Shown here one piece after another: positions 39,215-49,982 of a DNA stretch of 51,894 nucleotides. Source of the DNA: Rhodanobacter sp. (lineage in GTDB: Bacteria; Pseudomonadota; Gammaproteobacteria; Xanthomonadales; Rhodanobacteraceae); contig JAISPQ010000135.1 of assembly GCA_031274955.1 (NCBI GenBank), positions 1 through 51,894 on the forward strand, given 5' to 3'. Position 1 is the stretch's first letter, and each line of letters starts with the position of its first letter. The notes beneath the pieces were generated by a model that was not told the DNA's origin, ran no database searches, and saw only the letters and a list, made by a program, of their open reading frames with translations. The position numbers and the translations under genes were made by a program.

Positions 39215-41701
39215 ATGACCCTTCTTCTCCGTCTGCTGCGCTACGCGCTGTCTCTCGCGTTGGCCGGTATCGTCCTTGGCTGCATCGCGATCGGCGCTGC
39301 ATACTGGCTGATCGCTCCGCGCCTTCCCTCGGTCGAAACGCTCAAGGATGTACGCCTGCAAGTTCCGTTGCGGATCAAATCCTCCGACGACAAGCTGATC
39401 GCGCTGTTCGGTGAAACCAAGCGCACACCGGTGCGCATCCAGGACGTGCCCGATCGCCTGAAGCAAGCGTTTCTCGCCGCCGAAGATGCGGATTTCTACA
39501 ACCATCGCGGCATCGACCCCGGCGGCATCGCGCGCGCCATCTGGCTGACGATCAGCACCGGCAACAAGCACGTCGCCGGCGGCAGCACGATCACACAGCA
39601 AGTTGCGCGCATGTTCTTCTTGAGCCCGGAAGTGAGCTACACGCGCAAACTGTCGGAGATCTTCCTGGCCTTCCGCATCGAAAGCGCGCTAAGCAAGGAC
39701 GAAATCCTCGAGCTCTATCTCAACAAGAGCTTTTTCGGCCATCGCGCCTATGGCGTTGCCGCGGCCGCCGAGTTCTACTACGGCAAGACGCTGGACCAGC
39801 TCACGCTACCCGAATGCGCGATGCTGGCTTCGATTCCAAAGTTTCCCTCCACCGGCAATCCGCTCAGCCGACCGCAGCGCGCGCTGGAACGCCGTACCTA
39901 TGTGCTCGGGCGCATGCTCGACAATCGCTTCATCACCCAGGCCGACTACGACGCGGCCGTCAAGACCACCGACAATGCGCAACCCCATGAACCGGTGATC
40001 GAAGTCGATGCGCCCTACTTCGCCGAACTGGTGCGGCTCGAAGCCATCGACCGCCTCGGCAACAGCGCGCTGACCGATGGCTACGTCATCAAGACGACAT
40101 TGAATGCGGCCCAACAGGAAGCGGCCAACCGCGCCCTGCGCGAGGATCTGTCCGCTTACGACCAGCGCCACGGCTGGCGCGACGCCGAAGCGCATCTGGA
40201 CATGACCACCGACTCGACCACGACCGACTGGGACGCGGTGCTGGCCGACTACCGCCCCATCGCCGGGATGATTCCAGGCGTCGTCATCGCCAGCAACCCG
40301 GATAGCGCCAGCGTGCACCTCGTCGATGGCCAGGAGGTCACCCTCAATCTTGCCGCGGTTGCCTGGGCCAAACCGTACATCGACGAAGACCGCCGTGGCG
40401 CGGCGCCCAAGAGCGTGAATGCCGTGGTGAAACGCGGCGATCTGGTGCGTCTGACACAGGATACGAACGGCGCCTGGCGGCTCACGCAGATTCCCGCGGC
40501 CGAAGCCGCGCTGATCGCGCTGGACCCCGAGGACGGTGCGATCACCAGCATGGTCGGCGGCTTCAGCTTCCTGCGCAGCAAGTTCAACCGCACAACGCAA
40601 AGCGCGCGCGCGCCGGGTTCGAGCTTCAAGCCGTTCCTCTACTCGGCCGCGTTCGACCATGGCTTCACACCGGCCTCGGTGCTCAACGACGCGCCTGTGC
40701 AGTTTCCCGATCCGTCGCGCCCCGATGGCGTGTGGACGCCGAAGAACGACGACGACACGTTCCAGGGGCCGATTCGCCTGCGCGAAGCCCTGACGAAGTC
40801 GGTCAACCTCGTATCCGTGCGCCTGCTCGATGCGATCGGCGTACGCTACGCGCGCGAGTACATCACGCGCTTCGGCCTGACTCTGGAGCAGATTCCCGAG
40901 AGTCTTTCGATGGCGCTGGGCACGGCAAACGTGGCTCCGCTTACGATGGCGCGTGGCTACGCGGTGTTCGCCAACGGCGGCTATCTCGTGGATCCGTACC
41001 TGATCCGCGAAATCGACGACCGCGACGGCAATATCATCTATCAGGCCAACCCCGCGCTGGCCTGCGCGGCGTGCCCGCAACGCCGGAACGAACCCAATCC
41101 CCCCCCCACACCGGCGGCAGAAAACACGGCGAACACGTCCGATCCGGCCGACACGGCGAATGCGAACACACCGCCGCCACCATCATCGCCCCCGCCACCA
41201 ACACCCGGTCAGCCGCATCTGGCGCCGCGCATGATCGATGTGCGCAACGCGTATCTGGTCACCTCACTGATGCGCGACGTGATCCGCCGCGGCACCGGCG
41301 CCGCCGCGATGACGCTCAAGCGCAACGATCTGGCCGGCAAGACCGGTTCCACCAACGATCACCGCGACGCATGGTTCACCGGCTTCAATGCCAAACTCGT
41401 AGTGAGTTGTTGGGTCGGCTTCGACGACTTCGGCTCGCTGGGCCGCGGAGAGTTCGGCGCCAAGGCGGCGCTGCCGATCTGGATCGACTTCATGCGCGCC
41501 GCCTTGAAGGGTATGCCGGAACAGCCATTCGACATGCCGCCGGGTGTTACCAGAGTCCGCATCGATCCGGCCAGCGGCCTGCTGGCAGCGGCTGACGCTC
41601 CGGACGCCATCCTCGAAGTCATGAAGACCGAAGACGCCACACGGCTCGCGCAGGCGCCCAACACGGACGACAAACAGCGCGACGCCTACGACGTATTCTG
41701 A
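39215..41701 (+). CDS. mrcA: Penicillin-binding protein 1A
   Basis: AEDADFY, GGSTITQQ, RKLSE, PGSSFKP (SxxK), SVN, KTGS; divergent from pilM as usual. Confidence 0.95.
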   Translation: MTLLLRLLRYALSLALAGIVLGCIAIGAAYWLIAPRLPSVETLKDVRLQVPLRIKSSDDKLIALFGETKRTPVRIQDVPDRLKQAFLAAEDADFYNHRGIDPGGIARAIWLTISTGNKHVAGGSTITQQVARMFFLSPEVSYTRKLSEIFLAFRIESALSKDEILELYLNKSFFGHRAYGVAAAAEFYYGKTLDQLTLPECAMLASIPKFPSTGNPLSRPQRALERRTYVLGRMLDNRFITQADYDAAVKTTDNAQPHEPVIEVDAPYFAELVRLEAIDRLGNSALTDGYVIKTTLNAAQQEAANRALREDLSAYDQRHGWRDAEAHLDMTTDSTTTDWDAVLADYRPIAGMIPGVVIASNPDSASVHLVDGQEVTLNLAAVAWAKPYIDEDRRGAAPKSVNAVVKRGDLVRLTQDTNGAWRLTQIPAAEAALIALDPEDGAITSMVGGFSFLRSKFNRTTQSARAPGSSFKPFLYSAAFDHGFTPASVLNDAPVQFPDPSRPDGVWTPKNDDDTFQGPIRLREALTKSVNLVSVRLLDAIGVRYAREYITRFGLTLEQIPESLSMALGTANVAPLTMARGYAVFANGGYLVDPYLIREIDDRDGNIIYQANPALACAACPQRRNEPNPPPTPAAENTANTSDPADTANANTPPPPSSPPPPTPGQPHLAPRMIDVRNAYLVTSLMRDVIRRGTGAAAMTLKRNDLAGKTGSTNDHRDAWFTGFNAKLVVSCWVGFDDFGSLGRGEFGAKAALPIWIDFMRAALKGMPEQPFDMPPGVTRVRIDPASGLLAAADAPDAILEVMKTEDATRLAQAPNTDDKQRDAYDVF

Positions 41702-41707
41702 GAATAC

Positions 41708-42355
41708 GTGACCGCCAAGATGGCCGCGCGACGTCGCCTGAGCAGTAACCACGCCCCCATGCACGAAGACCAGGCACGCCGCAGCGTCGCCGTGGAAGCG
41801 GCGCGGCTGATTTCGCAGAGCGGTCTGCGCGACTATCGCCAAGCCAAGCTCAAAGCCGCCGAACGCCTGGGCCTGCCCACCGACGCGAACCTGCCGCGCA
41901 ATAGCGAGATCGAGGATGCGCTACGCGAACACCAGCGCCTGTTTCTCGCCGACGCACAGCCGCGCATCGTGCGCGCTCTGCGCGAAGTCGCGCAGGAGGC
42001 CATGCGCTTCTTCGCGCGCCACGAGCCGCGTCTGGTCGGCGCCGTGCTCGACGGCACGGCGGATCGGCATTCGGCGGTCTGCCTGCATCTGTACACGGAT
42101 CAGCCGCTGGATGTCCTCGCCCAACTGCACGCGCACGGCATCCCCTATCGAGAGCAAACGCGCCGGCTGCGCTTGGATCGCACGACGACACGCGATGTCC
42201 CGGCGCTGCTGTTCAGCGCGGACGATACCGCGATCGACATCACCGTGCTGCCTTACGACGCCTTGCGCCAGGCGCCACTGGATCGCATCACCGAAAAACC
42301 GATGCACCGCGCCAGCGCAGCGGCGCTGGAAACGCTGCTGCACGAGGCAGGATAG
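41708..42355 (+). CDS. Conserved hypothetical protein (possible nucleotidyltransferase-like fold)
   Basis: EAARL...AKLKAA...LPRNSEIEDALREHQRLF...PRLVGAVLDGTA; start could be 41708, 41720 or 41759. Confidence 0.75.
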   Translation: MTAKMAARRRLSSNHAPMHEDQARRSVAVEAARLISQSGLRDYRQAKLKAAERLGLPTDANLPRNSEIEDALREHQRLFLADAQPRIVRALREVAQEAMRFFARHEPRLVGAVLDGTADRHSAVCLHLYTDQPLDVLAQLHAHGIPYREQTRRLRLDRTTTRDVPALLFSADDTAIDITVLPYDALRQAPLDRITEKPMHRASAAALETLLHEAG

Positions 42356-42358
42356 GCG

Positions 42359-43657
42359 TCAACGCTGGTCGATGCTCACATAATCGCGCTGAGCGGCGCC
42401 CGTATATATTTGGCGCGGACGGCCGATCTTGGTTTCCGCATCGACATGCTGTTCGAGCCAATGCGCCACCCAGCCCGCCGTGCGCCCGATCGCGAACATC
42501 ACGGTGAACATCTCGGTTGGAATCCGCAGCGCCTTGTAGATGATGCCCGAATAGAAATCGACGTTCGGATACAGCTTGCGCTCGATGAAATATTCATCCT
42601 TCAACGCGGCCTGCTCCAGTTCCATCGCCACATCGAGCAACGGATCGCTGACATTCAGATCGGTAAGCACCTTGTGGCACATCTCGCGGATGATCTTGGC
42701 GCGTGGATCGAAGTTCTTGTAGACGCGATGGCCGAAGCCCATCAGGCGGAAGCCGGAATTTTTGTCCTTCGCTTTCGCGATGGCCGCGCCGACGTTCTTC
42801 GCATCGCCGATCTTGGCGAGCATCTTCAGTACCGCTTCGTTGGCGCCGCCATGCGCGGGCCCCCATAACGCGGCAATACCGGCCGCAACGCAGGCATACG
42901 GATTCGCCCCGGTCGATCCGACCAGACGCACGGTGGAGGTCGAGGCGTTCTGCTCGTGATCGGCATGCAGGATGAACAACAGATCCAGCGCCTTGGCGAC
43001 CACCGGATTCAGATGCAGCGGTTCGCTGGGCACCTCGAACATCATATGCAGAAAGCGCGTCACATATTCGAGATTGTTGTGCGGATAGCGGATCGGCCAG
43101 TCGATCGAATAGCGGTAGGCCGCGGCCGCGATCGTCGGCATCTTGGCGATCAGACGGATCGCTGCCAGACGGCGATGCTCAGGATCGCTTATCTCCAGCG
43201 TATCGTGATAAAACGCCGACAGCGACGCGATTGACGCACACAGCATCGCCATCGGATGTGCGTCGTAGTGGAAGCCGAGCAGGAAGTTCTTCAGGGCCTC
43301 CTGCATCATCGATTGATGCGTGATTTCGTTTTCGAACTTCGAGAACTCAGCCTTGTTGGGCAGGTGACCGTTGATGAGCAGATACGCCACTTCCAGGAAG
43401 TTGGACTGCAAGGCAAGCTGCTCGATCGGGTAGCCTCGATACAACAGGATGCCGGCATCGCCGTCGATGAAGGTGATGGCGCTGCGCGTCGCCGCCGTCG
43501 CCACGAAGCCGGGATCGAACGTGAAGAACCCGGTTTCTTTATGGAGCTTGCCGATATCGATGGCGGGATCGCCCAGGGTACCGGTGACGACCGGAAGGGT
43601 CGCACTTCTGTTGGCGGCGGAATCGATAACCTGTACGGATTTATCGGACACGTCCAT
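42359..43657 (-). CDS. gltA: Citrate synthase
   Basis: [61 protein letters not shown]. Confidence 0.97.
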   Translation of the reverse strand: MDVSDKSVQVIDSAANRSATLPVVTGTLGDPAIDIGKLHKETGFFTFDPGFVATAATRSAITFIDGDAGILLYRGYPIEQLALQSNFLEVAYLLINGHLPNKAEFSKFENEITHQSMMQEALKNFLLGFHYDAHPMAMLCASIASLSAFYHDTLEISDPEHRRLAAIRLIAKMPTIAAAAYRYSIDWPIRYPHNNLEYVTRFLHMMFEVPSEPLHLNPVVAKALDLLFILHADHEQNASTSTVRLVGSTGANPYACVAAGIAALWGPAHGGANEAVLKMLAKIGDAKNVGAAIAKAKDKNSGFRLMGFGHRVYKNFDPRAKIIREMCHKVLTDLNVSDPLLDVAMELEQAALKDEYFIERKLYPNVDFYSGIIYKALRIPTEMFTVMFAIGRTAGWVAHWLEQHVDAETKIGRPRQIYTGAAQRDYVSIDQR

Positions 43658-43852
43658 ACTCCTTGATGCAGGGGGCGCCTGCGCCGTGAACAGGCCCATG
43701 GGTGCCACGGGGCGCCGGGTTTACGAACTAACGGGAACGGGAGACGATGCTGCGTCGCGGCCGATGCGCCATTATCGCATGGCATCCATGCGCGTGCGGA
43801 AAGGGAGACGTCGCCGGAATTCCAGCGCCGGCCCATGGCCGACGACGATCGA

Positions 43853-44095
43853 TCACCTCGCGTAGCGGCGGCGGAACTTGTCCACGCGACCAGCGGTGTC
43901 CACGATCTTCTGTTTGCCCGTGAAGAACGGATGGGAATGGCTGGAGATTTCCACCTTGATCAGCGGATACTCCTGACCGTCCTCCCATGTGGTGGTTTCC
44001 TTGCTGGTCATCGTCGAACTGGTCAGGAACGAGAAATCGGAGGAGATGTCCTGGAAGACGACCGGCTTGTAGTTGGGATGGATGTCGGATTTCAT
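43853..44095 (-). CDS. rpmE2: 50S ribosomal protein L31 type B (no zinc-binding Cys)
   Basis: [16 protein letters not shown]...[30 protein letters not shown]. Confidence 0.93.
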   Translation of the reverse strand: MKSDIHPNYKPVVFQDISSDFSFLTSSTMTSKETTTWEDGQEYPLIKVEISSHSHPFFTGKQKIVDTAGRVDKFRRRYAR

Positions 44096-44147
44096 GGATG
44101 CGGCTCCGCTGCTTGGGCGGGAGGTAAAGAGCGGCATTGTAACCAAC

Positions 44148-44453
44148 TCACTGCTCGCGGCGCAATAAGCAGGACTTGGCCATTTCCGACTCAGAACTAG
44201 TCAGCCGTTCCATTCGATCCAGCCAGCGCATGGCATGCTCGCGTCGGTCTCCGCACATGGCCTTGCCTGGCTGCAGCGAGCCACATACGGCCGGCCGCTC
44301 CGGCTGGCCGAACAGTCGGCAACGCTGGGCATCGTCGAGTTGGACACAGCGAACGCCTGCCGGTTTGCCGTGCGGCATGCCTGGAATCGCCGATGAGATC
44401 GACGGCGCGATACAGCACGCACCGCAACCGGGGCGACAGTCGAGCGCGTTCAC
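44148..44453 (-). CDS. YkgJ-like CxxxCxxCC cysteine-cluster protein
   Basis: [16 protein letters not shown]...[11 protein letters not shown]...[13 protein letters not shown]; GTG start overlapping the aroE stop. Confidence 0.85.
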   Translation of the reverse strand: MNALDCRPGCGACCIAPSISSAIPGMPHGKPAGVRCVQLDDAQRCRLFGQPERPAVCGSLQPGKAMCGDRREHAMRWLDRMERLTSSESEMAKSCLLRREQ

Positions 44454-45277
44454 GGCGATGCCGATTCGAGCGGCGCGCGCAGCGCGCGATACACCGTTTC
44501 GGTTTGCGGGCGCGGGCCATGCCAGATCGCGAACGATTCGGCGGCTTGCTCGACCAGCATGCCCAGGCCGTCGCTGACGTGCGCCGCACCGGCCGCGCGC
44601 GCCCACGCGAGAAATGGTGCAGCGGCTTTGCCATAGGACAAGTCATAACAGAAAAGCGATGACGACACCCGCCCGAAAGGCGGATCGAATGCCGTGCCAC
44701 CATGGCCGGCTGCGGTGGCGTTGACCAGCAGATCGACGCCCTCGACGGAGACATCGTTCCAGGCGCTCACGCATGCGCGAGCACCGAGCGCGGAGGCGAG
44801 TGCTTGTGCGCGTTCCGGCGTGCGGTTGGCGACGATCACTTGCGCCGCCTCGGCCGCGACCAGCGCGAACGCGACCGCGCGCGCGGCGCCGCCGGCGCCG
44901 AGCAGGAGGATGCGCCGATTGCGCGGATCGAATCCATGCCGCTCGCGCAGATCGCGCAGCCAGCCGATACCGTCCGTGCTGTCGCCGAACCAGGCGGCAC
45001 CGACACGCACCAGCGTATTGACGCTGCCGCAGGCGCGCGCGCGTGGACTTGAATCCGCGCACAGCGCGGCGGCGTCCTCCTTCAGCGGCAGCGTGATGTT
45101 CGCGCCGCGCCCGCCATCGGCCGCGAACGCGGCGAGCGCGCGCGGGAAGTCATCACGACTGGCTTCCAGCGCGCGGTAGTCGATCGCGATGCCAAGCTGC
45201 GCGCCGAACAGCGCATGGATGCGCGGCGACAGCGAATGCGCGATCGGTTGGCCGAAAACGGCGTAGCGTGCATTCAT
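44450..45277 (-). CDS. aroE: Shikimate dehydrogenase
   Basis: [53 protein letters not shown]. Confidence 0.95.
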   Translation of the reverse strand: MNARYAVFGQPIAHSLSPRIHALFGAQLGIAIDYRALEASRDDFPRALAAFAADGGRGANITLPLKEDAAALCADSSPRARACGSVNTLVRVGAAWFGDSTDGIGWLRDLRERHGFDPRNRRILLLGAGGAARAVAFALVAAEAAQVIVANRTPERAQALASALGARACVSAWNDVSVEGVDLLVNATAAGHGGTAFDPPFGRVSSSLFCYDLSYGKAAAPFLAWARAAGAAHVSDGLGMLVEQAAESFAIWHGPRPQTETVYRALRAPLESASP

Positions 45278-45287
45278 CGCAGCGGGA

Positions 45288-46310
<1,023 letters not shown>

Positions 46311-46351
46311 TCATTCTAAGCCGGCAGCCTGCCGGGAGATATCCCGATTAG

Positions 46352-46607
46352 CCCGACTTCGCCGATTCGCGGGGTAGAGTGGTCTTAACCCTTTGATTTT
46401 TCTAAGGCGTCCCCCCATAGGTCTGCACTACACGGACGTAGCGGTGACCCCCTGTGCGGCGGTGATTTTCGGTGGCGGTTGCGCCGGTAAAGACAGTTTC
46501 AGCCGTTCCAGCAATAACTGTAATTCCGCTTCCGGTTCCGTGTAACGAGCCAGAACTAATTCGCGACCACAGGTGGTGGGGATACGCACGTCGATCATCT
46601 GCACGGC
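46352..46607 (-). mobile_element. IS1634-like insertion sequence remnant (3' end of transposase plus right end)
   Basis: Minus-strand 46607-46428 translates to AVQMIDVRIPTTCGRELVLARYTEPEAELQLLLERLKLSLPAQPPPKITAAQGVTATSV*, which I recognise as an IS1634 transposase C-terminus; followed by GTAGTGCAGACC and ending ...GGCGAAGTCGGG. Confidence 0.8.
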
Positions 46608-46971
46608 GCAGTGTGCCGTTGCCGCCCGCGCCGCCGGTCGCGCCGGAGCCTAGACCGAATCCGCCACCGCCCCCGCCGCCGCCCACGAGCATGTCGACGT
46701 TGACGGTGAGCGTGGCGCTGTTGTTGAGGATGAGCGAGCCGGTTGAATCGGCTCCGGCGTTGTTTGCGTCGCCGCCGCCAGCGGTGCTGTCATTGCTCCC
46801 GTTGCCGCCATTGCCGACCAGCAGGTTGTTGAACACCGTTTGCGCGCTGGCGGGCGCGGCAAGGGCGAGCAGCAGCGCCAGCGCCGATGCGGTCTGAAGC
46901 GGCCAAGCTCTGCCGCGCGCAAAGGCGGCGGGGCTGGCGTGGGTGTGAATGGTTTTACGGGTGAGGTTCAT
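46608..46971 (-). pseudogene. Truncated N-terminus of a Gly-rich secreted/autotransporter-like protein
   Basis: Signal peptide ending LAAPASA|Q, then GNGGNG...GGGGGGGG...GGAGGNGTL; runs out of frame into the IS remnant. Confidence 0.7.
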
Positions 46972-47032
46972 GGGGATGTCCCTGCCGTCTCAAAGATTGG
47001 GAAAATGGGGAATTGCTGCTGAATGGGCCGAG

Positions 47033-47060
47033 GTATATACTTTTTCGTGAATACTTTTTC
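47033..47060 (+). promoter_or_regulatory. Putative vapBC operator
   Basis: Tandem 14-bp repeats GTATATACTTTTTC / GTGAATACTTTTTC, the first with palindromic core GTATATAC, ending 13 nt before the vapB ATG. Confidence 0.55.
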
Positions 47061-47073
47061 TGAGAGGCCAGCC

Positions 47074-47331
47074 ATGAGCACACTCGCGACCGCCAAAATT
47101 TTTACCAGCGGCAACAGTCAGGCCGTGCGCCTGCCCAAGTCGTTTCGGCTGGATGTTCAGGAAGTTTGGTTGACGCGCAATGAGGCGACCGGAGAAATCC
47201 TGCTGCAACCCAAACCAGAACCGCAGGCGCTCGAAGCGTTCTTCTCTTTGCTGGCGGCGGCGCCGCAGGGCAGCGACGAGTTTGTGCCGCCCCGCGATGA
47301 CGCGCCCAGAGACAGCCCGTTTGGGGCATGA
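47074..47331 (+). CDS. vapB: AbrB/MazE-type VapB antitoxin
   Basis: TAKIFTSGNSQAVRLPKSFR signature; GAGG RBS. Confidence 0.9.
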   Translation: MSTLATAKIFTSGNSQAVRLPKSFRLDVQEVWLTRNEATGEILLQPKPEPQALEAFFSLLAAAPQGSDEFVPPRDDAPRDSPFGA

Positions 47332-47334
47332 GTG

Positions 47335-47748
47335 ATGAGCCGGTTGGTGTATTTGCTGGATACCAACATCGTCAGCTACTACCTGCGGCGGGTGTCGCCC
47401 GCGCTGGAAAAGACGATGGATCAGGCGCTGCGGGATCAAAGCAGCGCCATTTCCGTGCTGACGCGGGCGGAACTGCGCTACGGGCAGGCGTTGATGGAGA
47501 CCGTTGACCGCCGGCGCGAACTGATTGACGCGTTCTTGCGCCAGATACCCGCTCTGCCGTGGACGGTTGCCGCCGCCGACCATTTTGGCGCGCTGAAAAG
47601 CCATCACCACCGTCATGGCACGCGCCGTGGTGACATGGATACGCAAATCGCCGCCCACGCGCTGGCCGAAGACCTGACGCTGGTGACCCACAACACGCGC
47701 GATTTCACCGCAACCCCCGGCTTGCGCTTGCTGGACTGGATGGCGTAG
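47335..47748 (+). CDS. vapC: PIN-domain VapC toxin
   Basis: YLLDTNI, RAELRYG, GDMDTQIAAHA, LVTHNTRDF. Confidence 0.92.
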   Translation: MSRLVYLLDTNIVSYYLRRVSPALEKTMDQALRDQSSAISVLTRAELRYGQALMETVDRRRELIDAFLRQIPALPWTVAAADHFGALKSHHHRHGTRRGDMDTQIAAHALAEDLTLVTHNTRDFTATPGLRLLDWMA

Positions 47749-47785
47749 GCGAGGGTGAGCGATGGCGATTGGCAGGAGATCACTC

Positions 47786-48117
47786 ATGACGATGCGTAAA
47801 CCGAACCGGCTGCCGATGAACGGATGGAAATGGCCGATACGCAGCGTCGGCTGGGGTTGATGGATGAGGCGGCTCACCAGAAAATCACCGACCGCCATCT
47901 GGCGTCGGTGGCGCTGCCCACCGCCGAGCCGATCAGCGCCGGGCAGGTGCGGGCGTTGCGTGAACAAGCGCATCTGAGTCAGGCGGCGCTGGCGCGCTAC
48001 TTGAACATGACCAGCGGCTATGTCTCGCAGTTGGAACGCGGCGCCACGCAGGCCAGCGGCCCGGCGCTGGCGCTGCTGAACGTGATCCGGCGCAAAGGAA
48101 TCCAGGCGCTTGCCTGA
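47786..48117 (+). pseudogene. XRE/HTH antitoxin-like gene with an apparent 1-nt deletion near 47813
   Basis: AGGAG + ATG at 47786 gives MTMRKPNRL, then stops early; the adjacent frame continues DERMEMADTQRRLG...LSQAALARYLNMTSGYVSQLERG...SGPALALLNVIRRKG. Confidence 0.7.
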
Positions 48118-48175
48118 ATCGAGATGGGCAAGCCGCACCCGGAAAAACTGCGCCTTGAGCAACCACTGACTTTGC

Positions 48176-48296
48176 GCCTTCCCCTGCGAAGCGGGAGAAG
48201 GCAGGGATGGGGACCGCTGCGCATCGAAAAGACGCGGCGCTTGTTCCTGCGCCGTGCCCCCACCCCCACCCTCTCGCCCGCCAAGCGGAGGAGGGA
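48176..48296. repeat. REPIN-like pair of inverted REP palindromes
   Basis: CCTTCCCCTGCGAAGCGGGAGAAGG...GGGATGGGG and CCCCCACCCCCACCCTCTCGCCCGCCAAGCGGAGGAGGG. Confidence 0.65.
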
Positions 48297-48357
48297 ACAA
48301 GACCGACGCGCCACGGCAGCAACTGCCATCGATGCGCTGTCGAAATGGAACACATAG

Positions 48358-49101
48358 CCGCCACTGCCCGCCGCTTTGTTCAGCGTGCCATTGCCGTTGT
48401 CCGTGATGCTGCCGGCAAAGACGCCGCTATCGCCCAGCGTAGCGTTCATTTCAGTCCCTTGGATTGCAATGGTTGATTGATGAGGCGATTCCACAAAAAA
48501 CCAGCGAACGACGAAGGCTCTTGTAAAATTCCCCTTCCCAGCCGAATTCCCCATCGCCGTGAGCGAAAAAATAGCGACCGGCGTTGCCATTGAAGGCACG
48601 CTGCAGGTGAACGTGCCGTTCGTGCCGTTCGTGCCGTTGTTGTTGTTGGCGTTCTGCACGACCAGAATCTGATGGCCAGGCAACACCGAACCCGCGCCCG
48701 ACAGCGACTGGATGGTGTCCAATCCGCTCCCAATCCCCCGCCACGCTGACATCGAACACCGCCCCACTCGTCACGTTCACGCCCGATGATTTGACAAGAA
48801 TTTACGAATTTTTTCCTGGTAGCGCCAGCGTACCCGCGTTGATGCTGGTCGCGCCGGTGCAGGTGTTGTCCGCCGTGAGAATCAGCTTGCCCGCGCCGTT
48901 CCTGGTGACATCGCCTGTACCGGACAGGACATTGTTCCCTGTCTGCGTGGTGTTCGTCAGAACGTTGTAGACTTGCGCGAATGCGGGCGCGGCGGGGAGG
49001 GTGAGGCCAGGCGCGGAACGTGTGTACGGTTGGCGCGATGCACAGGGGAACTCCGAAAAATCAGCCGGATATACGGGGGCTTGTTTGCTTGCGTAGCGCA
49101 T
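48358..49101 (-). pseudogene. Decayed autotransporter passenger gene with a PATR-like beta-strand repeat
   Basis: PAFA|Q cleavage-like site, GAGKLILTADNTCTGATSINAGTLAL repeat, in-frame TAA at 48802-48804, frameshift near 48740, later piece GVFAGSITDNGNGTLNK. Confidence 0.72.
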
Positions 49102-49441
49102 GATTGTTCTCCCACGTCGAGGATGAAATCGAAAGCGACAGCGGAAGGCCCGTAGCGAATACGGAATTTCTCTTGGTCCAATACATAACGCGTAAGACGG
49201 CGTCGCGGAGGATCATCGGGTTGGAGATTTTTTCATTTATTTACATATAACGCAGCGTCTTTCTTGCGAAAACACCCCCTGCGCCGTCATTCCCGCGGAG
49301 CCGTACTTTCACGCCAAGCCACATGCCGCGACCCTATAATGCGGCGCACTTGACTCAAAGGATAAGGATAAGTTCTAAGCGCACCACCAAGCGCCGTATG
49401 ATCCGCATCTCGCACTTCCACCGCTCCGCACGGAACCCGTT

Positions 49442-49966
49442 ATGAATCTGCACCGTTTCGCATCCGTAATGCTCGCCGTCCTGGCCTTGTCGATCAGCGG
49501 CTGCGGGTTCCATCCGCGCAAGGAAGCGCAGCTTCCGGCCAACATGCAGCGCATACATATCCAGATCGCCGATTCGACCAGCCCGCTGGCGAAGAGTCTG
49601 GCGCGGGCGTTGCCGCGTTCGGGCGCGCAGGTGGTCGACAAGGACGAACCCGACGCGACACAGATGAAGATCACCGCCAACAACTTTTTCACCGATGTGC
49701 TCGCGGTCGGCGGTGCGGCGCGCGCGGTCGAATACGCGCTGCGTTATCACGTGGAGTTTGAGGTGACCGATGCCGCCGGCATCGCACTGTTGCCCAAACA
49801 GACGATTGAACTCACGCGCACATTCACCTTCGATCAGAGCCAGGCACTGGGCGTCAGCGCCGAAACCGATCTGCTGACGCAGGAACTCCAGAAGGACATG
49901 GTGCAGACCATCCTGCGTCGTCTGGAGGCGCTCACCAAGGCGCATCCGGCGGCGGCGCATCCGTGA
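49442..49966 (+). CDS. lptE: LPS assembly lipoprotein LptE
   Basis: Lipobox ISG|CGFH, EYALRY, LTRTFTFD, QTILRRL; upstream of holA. Confidence 0.92.
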   Translation: MNLHRFASVMLAVLALSISGCGFHPRKEAQLPANMQRIHIQIADSTSPLAKSLARALPRSGAQVVDKDEPDATQMKITANNFFTDVLAVGGAARAVEYALRYHVEFEVTDAAGIALLPKQTIELTRTFTFDQSQALGVSAETDLLTQELQKDMVQTILRRLEALTKAHPAAAHP

Positions 49967-49982
49967 TCCGCACGCGGACGCG

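Noticed and set aside
41085-41215. C9 tract and Pro-rich insert in mrcA
   Set aside because: The frame is intact and this is a low-complexity loop in a housekeeping enzyme; phase variation is unlikely
43853-44095. Zinc-free L31 as a sign of a zinc-starvation locus
   Set aside because: No paired L36 paralogue or recognisable Zur box nearby; probably the ordinary L31 of this lineage
46402-46971. 189-aa ORF as an intact gene
   Set aside because: Its last ~68 codons are out-of-frame IS sequence; it is treated as a truncated pseudogene
49331-49440. Stable-RNA-like promoter (CCCTATAATGCGGCGC) suggesting a tRNA gene
   Set aside because: No cloverleaf, T-loop GTTCRA motif or tRNA-like 3' end follows
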